Source: Sminthopsis crassicaudata
Taxonomy: Eukaryota
Assembly: GCF_048593235.1 (NCBI RefSeq)
Contig: NC_133622.1
Span: 216,721,198 to 216,785,197, forward strand
Length of the DNA: 64,000 nt
Reading direction: 5' to 3'
The notes below the pieces were generated by a model that ran no database searches, had not been told where the DNA came from, and saw nothing but the letters and a program-made list of their open reading frames with translations. A program made the translations under genes and the position numbers. Below are positions 13,096-24,957 of the stretch, piece after piece. Position 1 is the first letter of the stretch; each line of letters starts with the position of its first letter.

Positions 13096-14159
13096 CTATT
13101 TTTTTAATAGAAAAAAAGTACACTTAATAATGCATTTAAATCATACAGAAAGCTATGTTTAACTATACATAACAAAAATAACTTTTGGCTAATGAAGAAA
13201 AGTAAAGAAAAAAACTTTTTAAAGATACAAATTTCTACTTGGTATTATTGACACTAGTTTTTTACTATAAATCTCAATTATACTGTATTTTACTGGCAGT
13301 TTTTCAACATGTAAATTTTGATACCAAAGTATATTATCCAACAGATAGCTCCAAAGAACTAGTATAACTAGGGGTGGTAATAAGAGTTTTAATTTTTGCT
13401 GAAGATAAAGGATAGGAATTAGAACATCCCTGAAGCTGAACAGACAAGAGATTTCAAACGTAGGTCAAAGATGGAATTTTTCTTGGAGAAGAAAAGAATT
13501 CCTACAAGTTTTTCAGTGACCGTAGAGTAACTGGAGCAGAAAATGAAACTAGTTTATATTCCTGACTATTTTAACTGCTATGCAGTCATTTGATTCTACA
13601 AGTTTGAACTTTTCTTCCAGAGAAAGAATGTGAATAGTAAAAAAAAAAAAAAATTAAACATACGTTCAGAATTTCATCAATTTGTCAGTTCAGTTTGGAT
13701 ACTTTAAAAATTTTGTCATTTACCGATTATTTTTCTTATTTCTCCATGAATGCTCCTTTTAAATAATTTCTTACCGTCTTCTATTACAAGCTTTGGACTG
13801 AGAACACTTTCTTAACTTCCTACAGCAAAGGCATCAAATGCACAGACCACAACACACCCAGAGACCTCAAGTTTAATTAAAATGTGATTAGGAAATATTT
13901 AACAAATATCTAAAAACACAGTAAAATATAAATAATGTTAATATGTGATTTCCTAAATCAATATGTGCCCTCGGAATCCCAATTTACAGTTTAGTGGCCC
14001 TGGTATCTATTTGACTTTGATTTTCCTAAAGAATCATTCACTTAGGAACAACAATACCCATCATCCCAAGTTCCCAACCATAGGGTCCTACACTAGCAAT
14101 ATAAATTCTGCATAAAGACCAACTCCTCCCCAAGGTATCCGTATCCATCCCCACAGCCA

Positions 14160-14600
14160 GGCAGTCACTCACTACATATTTATAGAGCACCTATAATGTG
14201 CTGGGTACTGTGCTAAGCCCAGGTAATGCAAAGAAAGACAAAAGCCCAATCTTGCCTTCCAGGAGCTCACCATCTAATGGGGGGGCAAAATGCAACCTAA
14301 TAGGGAAAGGCATAGGCATTAAGGAAGATAAGGAAAGCTTACTGCAGAAGGTGGGATTATTAGTTAAACTATGAAAAAACACAGGGAAGCCAAAGAGCCA
14401 ATTCCAAACTTTGGAAGGTCTGGGGGACGGCCAGTGAAAATGTCCAGAGTCAGAGGTTGGAGAATCTTGCATTAGGACTAACAAAGGCATCCAGTGTCAC
14501 TGGCTTAGTAAATGAAGAAGTATGGAAAGGTCAGAAAGGTTTTCTATTTGATCGCAAAAAATTAGGGAGCCATTGCAATTTATAGAATAGGGGAGTGAAG
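14160..14600 (-). mobile_element. L2 3' fragment
   Basis: catatttatagagcacctataatgtgctgggtactgtgctaagc...ccaggagctcaccatctaatgg is the reverse complement of the L2 tail. Many other L2/MIR remnants occur and are not listed individually. Confidence 0.65.
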
Positions 14601-14759
14601 GGTTTCCCTCCAAGAACTGATCTATCCTTTGTTTTACCCTGAAACAGCTTTTTCAACTGTCACAAGCCCAATTCTCCTTTTTTATCACAAGTATACTTTC
14701 TGAAACACTTTTACAATCTATTTGGAAGGGGGGGGGATTAAAAAATTAAATAATTTGAG

Positions 14760-15417
14760 AAGAAAAACATAAAATACTGAGACTCTTCAAGTTCTCAAGA
14801 ACCTTAAATGCTTAATGTATGAGCCATTTTTTGGTATTAAATATGGAAATATATGTTAGATAATTTTGCTGGGCAAGAAGTTCTTCATGTGTAGGCATTT
14901 TGCCATTACTGACCTCTTCTGAGCTAATGTTCTCCTCTTCCCTGCCACCACAGTAGCTCTCTGTAGTCAGAGCTCTTTTTAGTCTTTTGCTCATTTTTAA
15001 AGTTGAACTTTGCTCCGAGGGCACAAGAACACTGTTCTTTTTTTGGGGGAGAGGTAGCTTGCCCACTGTGCTGGGGTGGCCCAGCGTAGTCACTACTATT
15101 GTGCCAGGATTCCGAGGCTCGCAATGTGCCTTCTCCGCTGGGGCTCGAGGTCTCACAGGACCTGCTGTGCCACCAGTACGCTGAGCTAGAAGGCCCTCAG
15201 TTGCTGATCTGTGCTGGGATTAAGCTGGGCTGCTCTCCCCTTTTATTTAAGTGAGACAGACTTTTCCTAAAGAGCTTCTCAGTTACTTTAAGCTGGAAAA
15301 CTGTTTCACTCCATCTTTTTGTGGGTTCTATCACCTCAAATACATTTAGAGGTTTGATTTAACATAAGTTTCCAGAGCTCAGGTAACTTCCTGGCTTCTC
15401 TCTGCCATCTTGACTCT
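14760..15417 (-). mobile_element. LINE-1 5' UTR and start of ORF1 in CCDC34 intron 2 (sense to the gene)
   Basis: Starts with GAGTCAAGATGGCAG, the YY1-type L1 5' end. ATG at 14994 gives MSKRLKRALTTESYCGGREEENISSEE, like a marsupial ORF1 N-terminus. Confidence 0.7.
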
Positions 15418-15899
15418 CTCTACCTTCTGTGTGGCTCTGGCATAGGTTCTAAAATCAAGGTCTAATATTTAGTCTTTCACAGGTTTTTAACTCAGTAGTT
15501 CATCTTTTTTTTTTTTTTTTTTTTTTTTAAATACCAACAACTTAAATGAAGGAGTGAAATTTATAAGTTCAATAACTTGTTATGTGGACCTAGGAAAGTC
15601 ATTTAACATTCTGTACTTCATTTTTTTATAAGCCAAGAAAAGGAGCAGGTCTTGTTGAACTCAGCCTCTCTCCCAGCACAAGGGATTAGTGCTTAATGAA
15701 CATCCCTTGAAATTGCAAGAAAGCAAACACTTAGCATCAAGATTGAAGTAGAACATTAAACATGATGTAGCAAATGCAAAATTTATCTTGTTCATTATTA
15801 GGACACTGAGAGGATTCATGGAAATTTTCACTTAACCGAAAAACATCTACAAGTTCATATGGGGCTATTAAATAAAAAAGAAACTCGCTTTATCATTAC

Positions 15900-16029
15900 C
15901 TCTAAGGCTCTGTTTTGCAGACGAACACGTTGTTCTTTTTCTTTGCAAACAAACCATTCTTCCCAAGGTGTCAGACTCGTCTCTAATGGAAGCCACTGAT
16001 CTTTTTCTGAAGTTTCTTCCTCTTTAATT
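15900..16029 (-). CDS. CCDC34: CCDC34 coding exon 2 (130 nt; IKEEETSEKDQWLPLETSLTPWEEWFVCKEKEQRVRLQNRALE)
   Basis: Acceptor ttattaacag| and donor GAG|gtaatg. Translation matches the CCDC34 LTPWExWFxxKEKE...LQxxALE motif. Confidence 0.93.
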
Positions 16030-17441
16030 CTGTTAATAAAGAAGATATTCTAAACTGTTTAATAAATATTTGTTCATCTAAGAGTCAAGTTGATTTATAG
16101 AGTAAAAATGAAATGTAATACCAATTTTATTATATTTAATAAGGAGACTTAGATTTTAAAGGAGTTCATAAAAATGACCACCCAAAAGTCAGTCATCAAG
16201 ATAATGAATTTTTTTAAACCACAATTCATAAAAACCATGTTTTCTAAGGCTCTATGATTAGCACTGTTGGGGGACAAATCACATCAATAAAATCAAGTCA
16301 TTAAATACTAATGACTGAGCTGTCTTTGTATTTATATGATATAGAGGAATTAGCTGAAATTACTTTCTTGAAAATTCCTTTCAAAAACACAATTTTACTT
16401 AAAATTGTTAAAGTTAAAGTGGAAAGAGCACTTCAGTATCAGAAAACCAGGATTTCAATTACAGCTCTGACACAAGCAAATCTGAGGTTCAATACATTTA
16501 TCCTCACTAATAAAATGGAAATGACACTTTTTTAACCATCTTATCTACCTCCAAGGACTACTATGAGAAAAATCACATAGTCCACTTAACATAAATATGA
16601 GTTGTCATTTAATTCTCCATAAAATCCTACTACAATATCTCAGCACTAGCAAAACATCATAACAGCAGATTTTACCATGTTGGAAAGGTTTTAAGTATAA
16701 TTCCAAGACCATCCTATGCCTGTTTTCTAAGACCAAGCTAATAACTAAATTAAAGCTAATCATCACAAGTTGGCCACTAGGTAATGAATTATTTGGCTTG
16801 GCAATAATACATGAAAAACACACAGTAAAAATGGTCCTCAGACAATATCCTTCCTTTTCTGCCATGTTAGTAGTACAGCAACAGAAAAGGAAGCAGAGGT
16901 CTTGAAGTATCATTCAATTTTTAGACCATCTATCAATAAACATTAAATTAGTTGGGGTACTCTGAATATGTGTTCACTATCCCAAGGTCAAGGCCATGAC
17001 ATACCCCTAAGAGAAATGAACCATCTCTATATCACTATTCTCACAATAAATGAAACCAGAAAACCAAAGACATATCATTTAAGTGGAAGGATGGCCCATA
17101 GAGGCTCACAGGAGAGGCAAACAAAGGAAGTAAAGTTGGTTTCACAGCAACTATTTAATCCAACAAGTTATTAAGTGCCTACTATGCACAAAGCACTATG
17201 ACAAACATGGGAATTATAGGCACAACATAAATTTTAAAAAAGACCTTCTATTTCATTGAAAGACTTATTTTATTGCATATTTTATATGCAAGCAGATAGA
17301 GACATATATAATATCTTGAGGACTGAGGAGAAAACACTAAGTAGGCAGATCAGGAGAAAATTCTTACAGGAAGTATCACAAGTTGAGCTTTCAAGGAAAT
17401 CAGAAATATTCTAAGAGGCAAAGGTTAAAAAAGAAAAGAAA

Positions 17442-17443
<2 letters not shown>

Positions 17444-17477
<34 letters not shown>
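17444..17477. repeat. (GA)n microsatellite
   Basis: Direct reading. Confidence 0.95.
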
Positions 17478-17480
<3 letters not shown>

Positions 17481-17499
17481 GACCAGAGGTTAACACTTT

Positions 17500-18030
17500 C
17501 TCCTAGAGGAAGTAGGGAATTGAAGGCTTTTTAGTAGGTTAGTGACATGGTAGAACTTGTCTTTTAGGAAGATTACTTTGGCAGTTACACAGAGGATGCA
17601 TCAGAGAAGGGAGAAACTAAAAGTTGAAAGACACCAACTACACTATTATAATAATCCAGGTGAGGTGATGAAGGTTTGAACTAAGGAAGTAATCAAGTGA
17701 ACGGATTAAAGAGTAAAGAAGAGGGTTTTAGTGAAAGGAGAATCAACAAGGCAGACAAAAGATTGGTTAAAGAGTTAACTATGACACCAAGGTTGGGAAA
17801 CTGAATGACCAAAAGAATAGTAATACACTAACAGACAGGACATTTTACCAGAGAACTAAGTTTTGTGGCAAATCTAAGGAGTTTTCAAGGATATCGAGTT
17901 TGAGAGTCTTAAAGGATATTTAGCTGAGAAATGTTTGGCAGGAAGACTATAGAGCTTAAGAAAGAGATTAGACCTAGATATAGAGATCTTGTCTCATCAA
18001 CATTTCCATTTCAAAGAATCTTCTGAGAAT
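17500..18030 (-). mobile_element. L2 fragment
   Basis: Purine-rich L2-antisense pattern (gaagattactttggcag...ccaggtgaggtgatgaaggtttgaactaagg). Confidence 0.5.

Positions 18031-18031
<1 letters not shown>

Positions 18032-18066
<35 letters not shown>
18032..18066. repeat. Poly-T tract of about 35 nt
   Basis: Direct reading. Confidence 0.95.
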
Positions 18067-18068
<2 letters not shown>

Positions 18069-18323
18069 ACTAGTCATCTAATCTCTCCTTTCTTTTACTT
18101 TGGTGACTGCCAAGTCCAGAGTTACCTTGACTATGATGGTTTGTGCTTTGGTCAACTCAGCTCCTGCACTCGGGATGGCTAAAGGCAGGCCTAACTAATC
18201 CTGATTTGGGTGGCTAAGACTAGGCCCACTTTCTTAGAATTATCTGGCCTGTTGCCCCTGCCTTCTGCTGCAGCTGGGGAACGCGGGTTACTTGCATTTG
18301 GCACTACTGTCGGCCAGATTCTG

Positions 18324-18488
18324 GACTATTCCAGGTTTTTTCCCCCCTACCTTCTGGCCTCCTGTACCATTCTCCTCCTCTTCTCTTTAGGAAAAAAGTA
18401 AAGGCCATTTATAGAAGAGATCTAGACTTCTGCACAGGAAGGGAGAATGATACAGGAGGCCAGAGGTGAGGAAAAACCTAGAATAGTC
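18324..18488. repeat. Inverted repeat (arms 18324-18375 and 18442-18488)
   Basis: Reverse complement of the left arm (ggagaatggtacaggaggccaga...cctggaatagtc) matches the right arm (ggagaatgatacaggaggccaga...cctagaatagtc). Confidence 0.85.
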
Positions 18489-19607
18489 ACTGTGAGAAGT
18501 ACAATAGAGTCAATTAGGTTACAATAATAGGATTGCCAGGCAGCAATAAGGATCTAGACGAGATTAGTCAACAAAAACTTAAGGTGAACCCCATCAACAT
18601 GGCTGAAAGATCTCCTCACCTGGCATTCAGCAAGTGCAAAATAGGTGAGTGGTGGAGCACTGGGCATATGAAGTGACTTGATAGCAAGATGTACAAAAAC
18701 AACATTGGATACTAGACTTAGAGGATTAAAAGCTGGTCAGGAACTTCCCTCATTTTGGAACAGAGTTTAAGTGATTTTCATTAGGTCACATGGGGATAAA
18801 GATAAAGCTCAATTTAAGATCTAGTTTGACTCATTGCTTCCCCAGTTGCCTCCTTAGCTATCTTTGGATGTGGCTAACATCATGGTATCTATAATCGTGT
18901 CACTAGACACTTTTTGGGAGGGGGGCCGACGCTGAAATTGCATCAATGTACAGACACCTCCAGTGCCCATCAGCCGGCTTTCCAGAAGCCCGGAAATTAA
19001 CAGGGCAACAGTAACCCGATCAGTAACTTAGTTGCGCTCGGAGATACATCTGGCAGAGCTGGAAGCGAGCCCTGAAGGCACCAACGTGTTCTTGAGGTTA
19101 GTCTTGTATCCAATAAGCCAGGTTCCCTTGCATCACTTTGAAATAGATTCAGTGTGAATTTCATGAGCAAGTTTACAGGAGACAAGCTCTCGGGGCTTCC
19201 GAAATGTCTTTGTGTGTGAGGGAGTGTTTAGGAGAAGGAAGCCAGTGCTGTCGTCTCATTGGATCAGGGAGTTCCCAAACTCGCATCAAAGTGAACTACC
19301 CTTCGCACAAGCCAGGATCTCTATAAAGTTGGGGATCCCGGAGAAGGGGCGCGCGCAGCACTAAAAGAAGAACCAAAGGGCTCCGAGTAGAGAAGACCGG
19401 GCCGAGATCTCCTGGAGGGAGGGAGGGAGGAAGGAGGGAGTTCGCAGGTGCAGGGGCTGGGCAGGGGGCGAGGTCAGAGAAGGAGATTGGTTAGAGGCGC
19501 CCGAGAGAGGGCCGGCGGTGGCTGCCGCCACTACCAGCCCCACAGAAGCGCAGCGCGCTCAAATCGCTTCCGGAACGACCGAGGGGATCGGGGGCGGGTC
19601 CCTTTAC

Positions 19608-20041
19608 CTGGCGCGCCCCAAGGTCTCCCCTCCTTCCGGGGACGCGGCCCTCCCCCCGTGGTCGGCCTCCTCGTTCTTTTCCTCCCCGAGCAGTAGCGAC
19701 GTTTTCTGCTCCGCCCTGCTGGATAGGGGCGGCGGACTCCCGGGCAGCGCTTCACTGTGGGTCCCGGCCCGGTCCCGGGGGGCGGGTTCGGGCAGCGCTT
19801 CGCAGTCGGCCTCGGCCCGGTCCCAGGGGGCGGGCTCTGGCTGGTGCCGCCTCCGGCCCCGGCGCCGCCGCAGTTCCTCGGCCTCGTCGCAGTCAGTCGG
19901 CAGGCTGTGCGACAGGGACAGCAGCGAGACGGACGCCGGGCTCGAGGCGGGCCGCGCAGCGGACGGGGGCTCCGAGCCAGAGCCTCCAGGGGCCTGTTCC
20001 CGCCTGCGCGGTGGCGGCTGCGCGCCCTCCTCAGTCTCCAT
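19608..20041 (-). CDS. CCDC34: CCDC34 coding exon 1 (434 nt; METEEGAQPPP...GETLGRA-R)
   Basis: ATG in strong Kozak context (GCGGCC-ATG-G) inside a CpG island. Open frame runs to the donor AG|GTAAAG at 19607. Phase 2 joins exon 2 in frame. The N-terminal sequence is poorly similar to human, so the call rests on position, phase and context. Confidence 0.75.
19742..19837. repeat. 2 x 48-bp tandem repeat within CCDC34 exon 1
   Basis: gggcagcgcttc...ggcgggttc repeated with period 48; encodes EPAPWDRAEADCEALP / EPAPRDRAGTHSEALP. Confidence 0.9.
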
Positions 20042-20220
20042 GGCCGCGGCCACACCGCCCGCGTCGGGCCGGGGGAGGGGAGGCCGAACGGAACCCGCCG
20101 CTAAGGCCGAGGCCGCCGTCGCTGCCAAGTTCAAACCGGCGCTGCCGCCGCGGCGGGAACGCGCTCCCAGGAGACACCGCGCCGGACGCCACAGCCAATC
20201 CGGGGCCGAGAGAGGCACGC

Positions 20221-20234
20221 GTTGCTAGGGCAGC
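20221..20234. promoter_or_regulatory. RFX X-box-like motif
   Basis: GTTGCTAGGGCAGC against the consensus GTTGCY-N1-3-RGCAAC: perfect left half, one mismatch in the right half; 22 bp from the CCAAT box. Confidence 0.5.
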
Positions 20235-20573
20235 GCGAGACTTCCCTTACCCCCATCCGGCCGGGCTTTGTTTTGCTCCGCCCTTGGCGTCAGCGCGGTC
20301 TCCCCGCGTGCGCGACTGCCTGCGAGGGGCGCTGTGCGACCTCGACCTGGCTCGGTCCCCTGTCACCCCAAACGCTTTGGCAAAGAGTGACCTGCAGGGC
20401 CATCCTACCCAAAGCTTCCCACGAGGAAGGGGGAGGGCGGGCCCTTCTCTGCACTTTTGGATGGATACTATACTACATAAACTTGGAGATTCTTAGCCTT
20501 CTTTGTGTCACAGGACCCTGGACCCAAAGCTCCTACTATGTGCTAGATACTGTGTCCAAAGGGAAAAATCAGT

Positions 20574-20950
20574 GAGCATATTAAGCACTAACTGTATGCC
20601 AGGTAGTGTTTCAACCACTGAAGATATAAAGGGATAAAAGAGGTAGTGTTCATTTATTAATCACCAACTATATGCTGTGCCAACCACTGATGATATAAAG
20701 GGAAAAAAGAGGTAGTTATTAATCACCACCTATGTGCCAGGTACTGTGCCAACCACTGAAAATATAAAGGAGAAAAAGCAGCAGTGATCATTTATTAATC
20801 ACCAATGTGCCAGGTACTCTGCCAACTACTGAAGATATAAAGGGGAAAAAGAGGGACTGATCATTTATTATTCACCGACTATGTGCCAAGTATTCTGCCA
20901 ACTGCTGAAGATACAATGGGAAAAATAGTCAATGAACATTTATTAAATGC
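20574..20950. repeat. Minisatellite of about 5 units of about 73 bp derived from an L2 3' terminus
   Basis: Unit catttattaatcaccaactatgtgccaggtactgtgccaaccactgaagatataaagggaaaaagag...; CATTTATT anchors at about 20651, 20789, 20862 and 20937. Confidence 0.9.
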
Positions 20951-21429
20951 CCAATCATTAGGAATGTGAAGAAAAAAAAGAACATTAATTAAGCATCTAC
21001 TGTATGCTAAACCATGTTTGTGCTAATAATAGTGCTGAGCATACAAAGAAAGTCTCTTCTTGAGTAGCTGTCTTTAATGGAGGAGACAACATGAAAACAA
21101 GATGTATAGCTGTAAGTGTGTCTATATACATATATAATGTATATACCTACATTTTACATATTTGTATGTGTGTATATATACATACTTACGTCCTATATAT
21201 GATAAGTTTGAGCTAATCCACTGAGAGAAGGCACTAGAATTAAGGTAGATAAGAAAAGGCTTCTCTCTTATTCTTGAAGGAACCCGGGGATGGCAGGAAA
21301 CAGTCTGGGAAGCCTCTGAAAGCCTCAGAAGAATGTTTTTTAGTATACATAGGGATTACAAAGGAAATTATTTCAAATACTGTTATAGAACTACTCAAAG
21401 AAACAAGTTCAGAGGTCTCAAGTTAAGAT

Positions 21430-21700
21430 TGTTGTTTGTCCTTCATTCTGGAAGAGGACCATGACATCAGAGAAGGAATGCCATAATATGCAAGTGAATT
21501 GGATTTCAGAGAGGGAGGGCTGCGCAAGGTCACCTGCCTCACTTTTTCCCTCTGGAACCATCTGGGTCTAAGACCAGATAACGATCAGGATGACTGCAGA
21601 TGGCCCTGGGTGCACTGGGAAGCCTTGACCTTTTTAAGCTAAGGTCTTCATCAGGTCTCAGTTTGACAATGATTAAGTCTAGGTTTAAAAAAAAAAAAAA
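21430..21700 (+). mobile_element. RTE-derived SINE or fragment (WALLSI/RTESINE-like)
   Basis: gttgtttgtccttcattctggaagaggaccatgacatcag...aagctaaggtctt, followed by an A run. Confidence 0.7.
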
Positions 21701-23289
21701 AAGATTCTGAGAAGAAAAAACCACTGGATGAGACCTTCTGATCTGGAGGAAGCTCCTTCATAATCAGGATTCTTTCATTCTCTCTATTTTTACCTCCATA
21801 AGCTCATGGCAGGCATTTAATAAATATTTGGTGATTAAGCAGGAGGGGACCATAACAAGTCAAAGAGTCTAATCCCTTTCATTTTACAAATGAAGAAACT
21901 GAGTGTGTGAAAGGTCTAGTTAGCTTAGCAGGGTTCAAACTCATTGTCTGCCTGACATGAAACTCAGCAAATGCTTTATCCATATGATAGCTAAGAAAAC
22001 AGGCCCAGAAAGGTCCAGAGCCCAGGACACTCACCTGCTTCTAAAGTAGATGAGCCAGAGGAACATAGACTACAGGGTGGGAAAGTTCTTCAGAGGCTAC
22101 CTATTTCAGTCCTTATTTCATAAAGAGGGAAATTGAGGAACAGGTTGTGACTTGTTCAAGATCACAGGTACAAAGCAGCAGAGATAGAGCTGGAATCCAG
22201 ATCACATCCTCCCAAATCTAATGCTTTCTACCTCACAGAGTTGTTAGGATCAAATGAGATCTTTTTAAAATGCTTAACAGTGCAGGGTACATAGCAGGTG
22301 CTAAATAAATGCTTGGTTCCCTTTCCCTTCCTCCCTTTTCACTGCTTTCCTTCTATTCTAACTTCTTAGCTCTAGAACTGGGAGGTGCCTCAGAGTTCCA
22401 AAGCCAGGCCCAAAATAGAACCAAAGAGGTTGCCTCAGGTCACACAATAAGTTCCCAGCTAATAATTTAACTTAATTTCTCCGACTCCAAAACCTGTGTC
22501 CTTTTCTTTAGCATTTTATCCCTACTGCATTTTGCAGGAAAGAAAGGAAAGGGAAAAAAAAAAAAGATGAAGGGAAAGAGAGAAGGAAGGAATGAAAGGA
22601 AGGAAAGGAAAAGAAGGGGAAGGAAGGAAAGGAAAGAAAAGGAGGAAGAAAAACCTGGGAAAGCTAACCCAATTCCTTTACAGATAAGGAAACTGATCAA
22701 AACGATCAGTGGATGTGCCCAAAAACAAATGGTAGAGCTAGCATGAGTCTTTGTTTTTCATGTCAAAAACCAGTACTTTTTTCATGTACCACACGGATTC
22801 CAGAGGCAGAAAATCCCGTTCCCATCTCAGGTGCCACATAAGAAGAAATTTGTTGATAACAAGAATCCTCTCTGTTTATGAACTCATACTATAATAGAAC
22901 TTCAATGGTTATTTTGGGGGGATTTCAGCAAAACATAAGCTTCTTGAGGGCTGGAACTATTTGATCTTGGTCTTTTTATATTCTGCACATAGTGCTTTTG
23001 CAGAGTAGACTCACTGCTTAACTTGGATTGAAAGTATAGTTGTACACAAAACAAAATGTTTTTCAATTTCAAGTTGGAACTTACACATACCTAAAGGTAA
23101 AAGGGAGTGGGGAAAAAATAACTCCTTCAAAATTGGATTATCAGCTTTCTCCAATCATGTGTTGGTCTTTAGTCTTTGTTTACTCTTGACATTTGGACAC
23201 ATTTGGTATAGATGCCAGGAAAAAAATTTTTAAATCATTTAGGCACTGCCCTTGTTTGATCAATTAGCCATGCTGTGCACCTGTAGTAG

Positions 23290-23545
23290 CAACTCATGAC
23301 TTTACAAGTATTTGATTGGGTGTCCTATAGATAAAGGATTAAGCTTGTTTTGCTCAACCCCAGAAGGCAGAACCAGGAGTCATGGGATGAAATTGTTTAG
23401 AGGCAGATTGTAACTTGGGCATAGGGGAAAAATTTCCTAACATAGATGTCCAAAAGTATAGGAGGAGAAGAGAAAGGTAGTGAGCACTCCGTTCATGAGA
23501 GTCTTCAAGCTAATGATGATGAGCACTTTTTAGGGATATTAGGTT
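23290..23545 (+). mobile_element. CR1/L3 3' fragment
   Basis: agaggcagatt...ggaaaaatttcctaaca...gtccaaaagt...gagagtcttcaagc, typical of the L3 3' end. Confidence 0.6.
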
Positions 23546-24703
23546 GTACTACATTATTTCTGGTCTCATTTCTTGAGATTCTATAAAGTAAAAGTTATCT
23601 TTTAAGAGCAAGTATTTTAAATCAGTAAATTTTCCCTATAATGGTCATTTCATTTTAATTTTAACCATTTTGGGTAGAAGTCTCTCAAAAACCTCTTTGT
23701 TGATTTTTAAAACAATCTATTCAGATATTCTCATGGAACTGACCTCATCCACTTAGACATTCCTTCCAGCAATGTTTATCACAAGATCTCTATGCCTGTT
23801 TATCATGTACATTCTTGTCTATATCATCCTCATATATTCACCACAGGGAGTCCACCCAAAGTAACAAAACCCAACCTCTTCTTTCTCCTAACATTTTAAA
23901 GTTAGCAGCAATTTATCTGAGGTGTTCACCTGTGATTCCTTGCTGTCCCTTTGCCACATGCCTAGCCCATTTTAACTTTTCTTCAAATAGCTTTTCTCTA
24001 GTAACTGCCCATGCTCTTCAAAGTCCTTCATTGGTCATAACCTTCTCACACACACCATCCGCTTTTTCATTACCCTCTGTGTGATAGTCATTTTGAGCTC
24101 TTCAGAGCTCTTCTTCCATGTGTCATAGCAACAAAGGATCAATAAAGTATTAGGATTCTTGCTGGAAGACTGCAGAGATCAATAACCATTTAAAAGTTTG
24201 GCTGAACCATCCACAAAAGAAAAACCAAGTGGATGAACGATATTTATAATAAGCTGACTTTTTAATGGCAGAGACAACATGCAAACAATTAGGTACAAAC
24301 TATCGACAGGATAAATTGAAAAAATTCAACAGAGGAAGGGAATAAAATTGAGACACATCAGAAAAGGGACACGTTTTTAAGTTTATAAGAAGACGGGACT
24401 TGAAGAAAACCAGGAAGGAGAGATGAGAGATCTTTAGGAAATTGTAAAGCTTCCTAATGACCTCAAACTTCTCCTGGAAACAACAAATATTGAATATAAG
24501 TGATCTTTGATGAATCCAGTGCTTCAAACTACTAACTACTATACCATAATCTGGTGATGCTTCCAGAAGCTTTGGAAGCACAAAGCTCTTTACCTCAATT
24601 CATTTCCTTTTTTAGTTCACTATTTGCCTCTAGCATCCTAATTACCTCCCCTTCTAATTTATTGCTTCTGCTATGCCTTGGGTTTGATTGAGAAAATAGC
24701 CTA

Positions 24704-24957
24704 TTGTTGTTGAGTGATTTCAATCATGTCCAATTCCTTGGGGATCTCATTTGGATTTGGAGGCACAAAGATCCTGGAGTGGCTTGCCATTTCCTTTCCA
24801 ACTCATTTTATAGATAAGGAAGCTGAGGCAAACCGGGTTAAGTGACCTTCCAGGATCACGCAGCTAGTAAGTGTTGTAGGCCAGATTTGGATTCAGGAAA
24901 ATGAATCTTGTTGACCTCAGGCCTTGTGTTCTACCCCTTGTGCCATCTAGTTGCCCC
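24704..24957 (-). mobile_element. MAR1-like CORE-SINE
   Basis: MIR core plus the ctggagtggcttgccatttcc RTE-type tail. Confidence 0.75.

Larger units (their letters stand above)
19170..20440. promoter_or_regulatory. CpG island and promoter of CCDC34
   Basis: Very GC- and CpG-dense block in otherwise CpG-depleted DNA, covering exon 1. CCAAT at 20195-20199, GC boxes (CTCCGCCC near 20275, GGGCGG near 20436) and an NRF1-like CGCGTGCGCG near 20305. Confidence 0.9.

Noticed and set aside
18032-18420. Poly-T tract as the tail of a minus-strand processed pseudogene
   Set aside because: No TSD, no poly-A signal at the expected distance and no recognisable coding frame.
20042-20218. Possible 59-codon non-AUG N-terminal extension of CCDC34
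   Set aside because: The GTG start lies beyond the CCAAT box, probably upstream of the transcription start, and open frames are unremarkable at this GC content.
19448-20575. Several 115-236-aa ORFs on both strands in the CpG island
   Set aside because: These are expected from stop-codon scarcity in GC-rich DNA. Most start at GTG or TTG, and only the CCDC34 exon 1 frame has a Kozak ATG and a matching splice donor.
20574-20950. CRISPR-like appearance of regularly spaced repeats
   Set aside because: Whole units are homologous with no unique spacers, they derive from L2, and the context is mammalian.
7440-21700. Inverted RTE-type SINE pair (7440-7737 and 21430-21700) as a pre-mRNA duplex
   Set aside because: The second copy is upstream of the CCDC34 promoter, so both are not in the same transcript.
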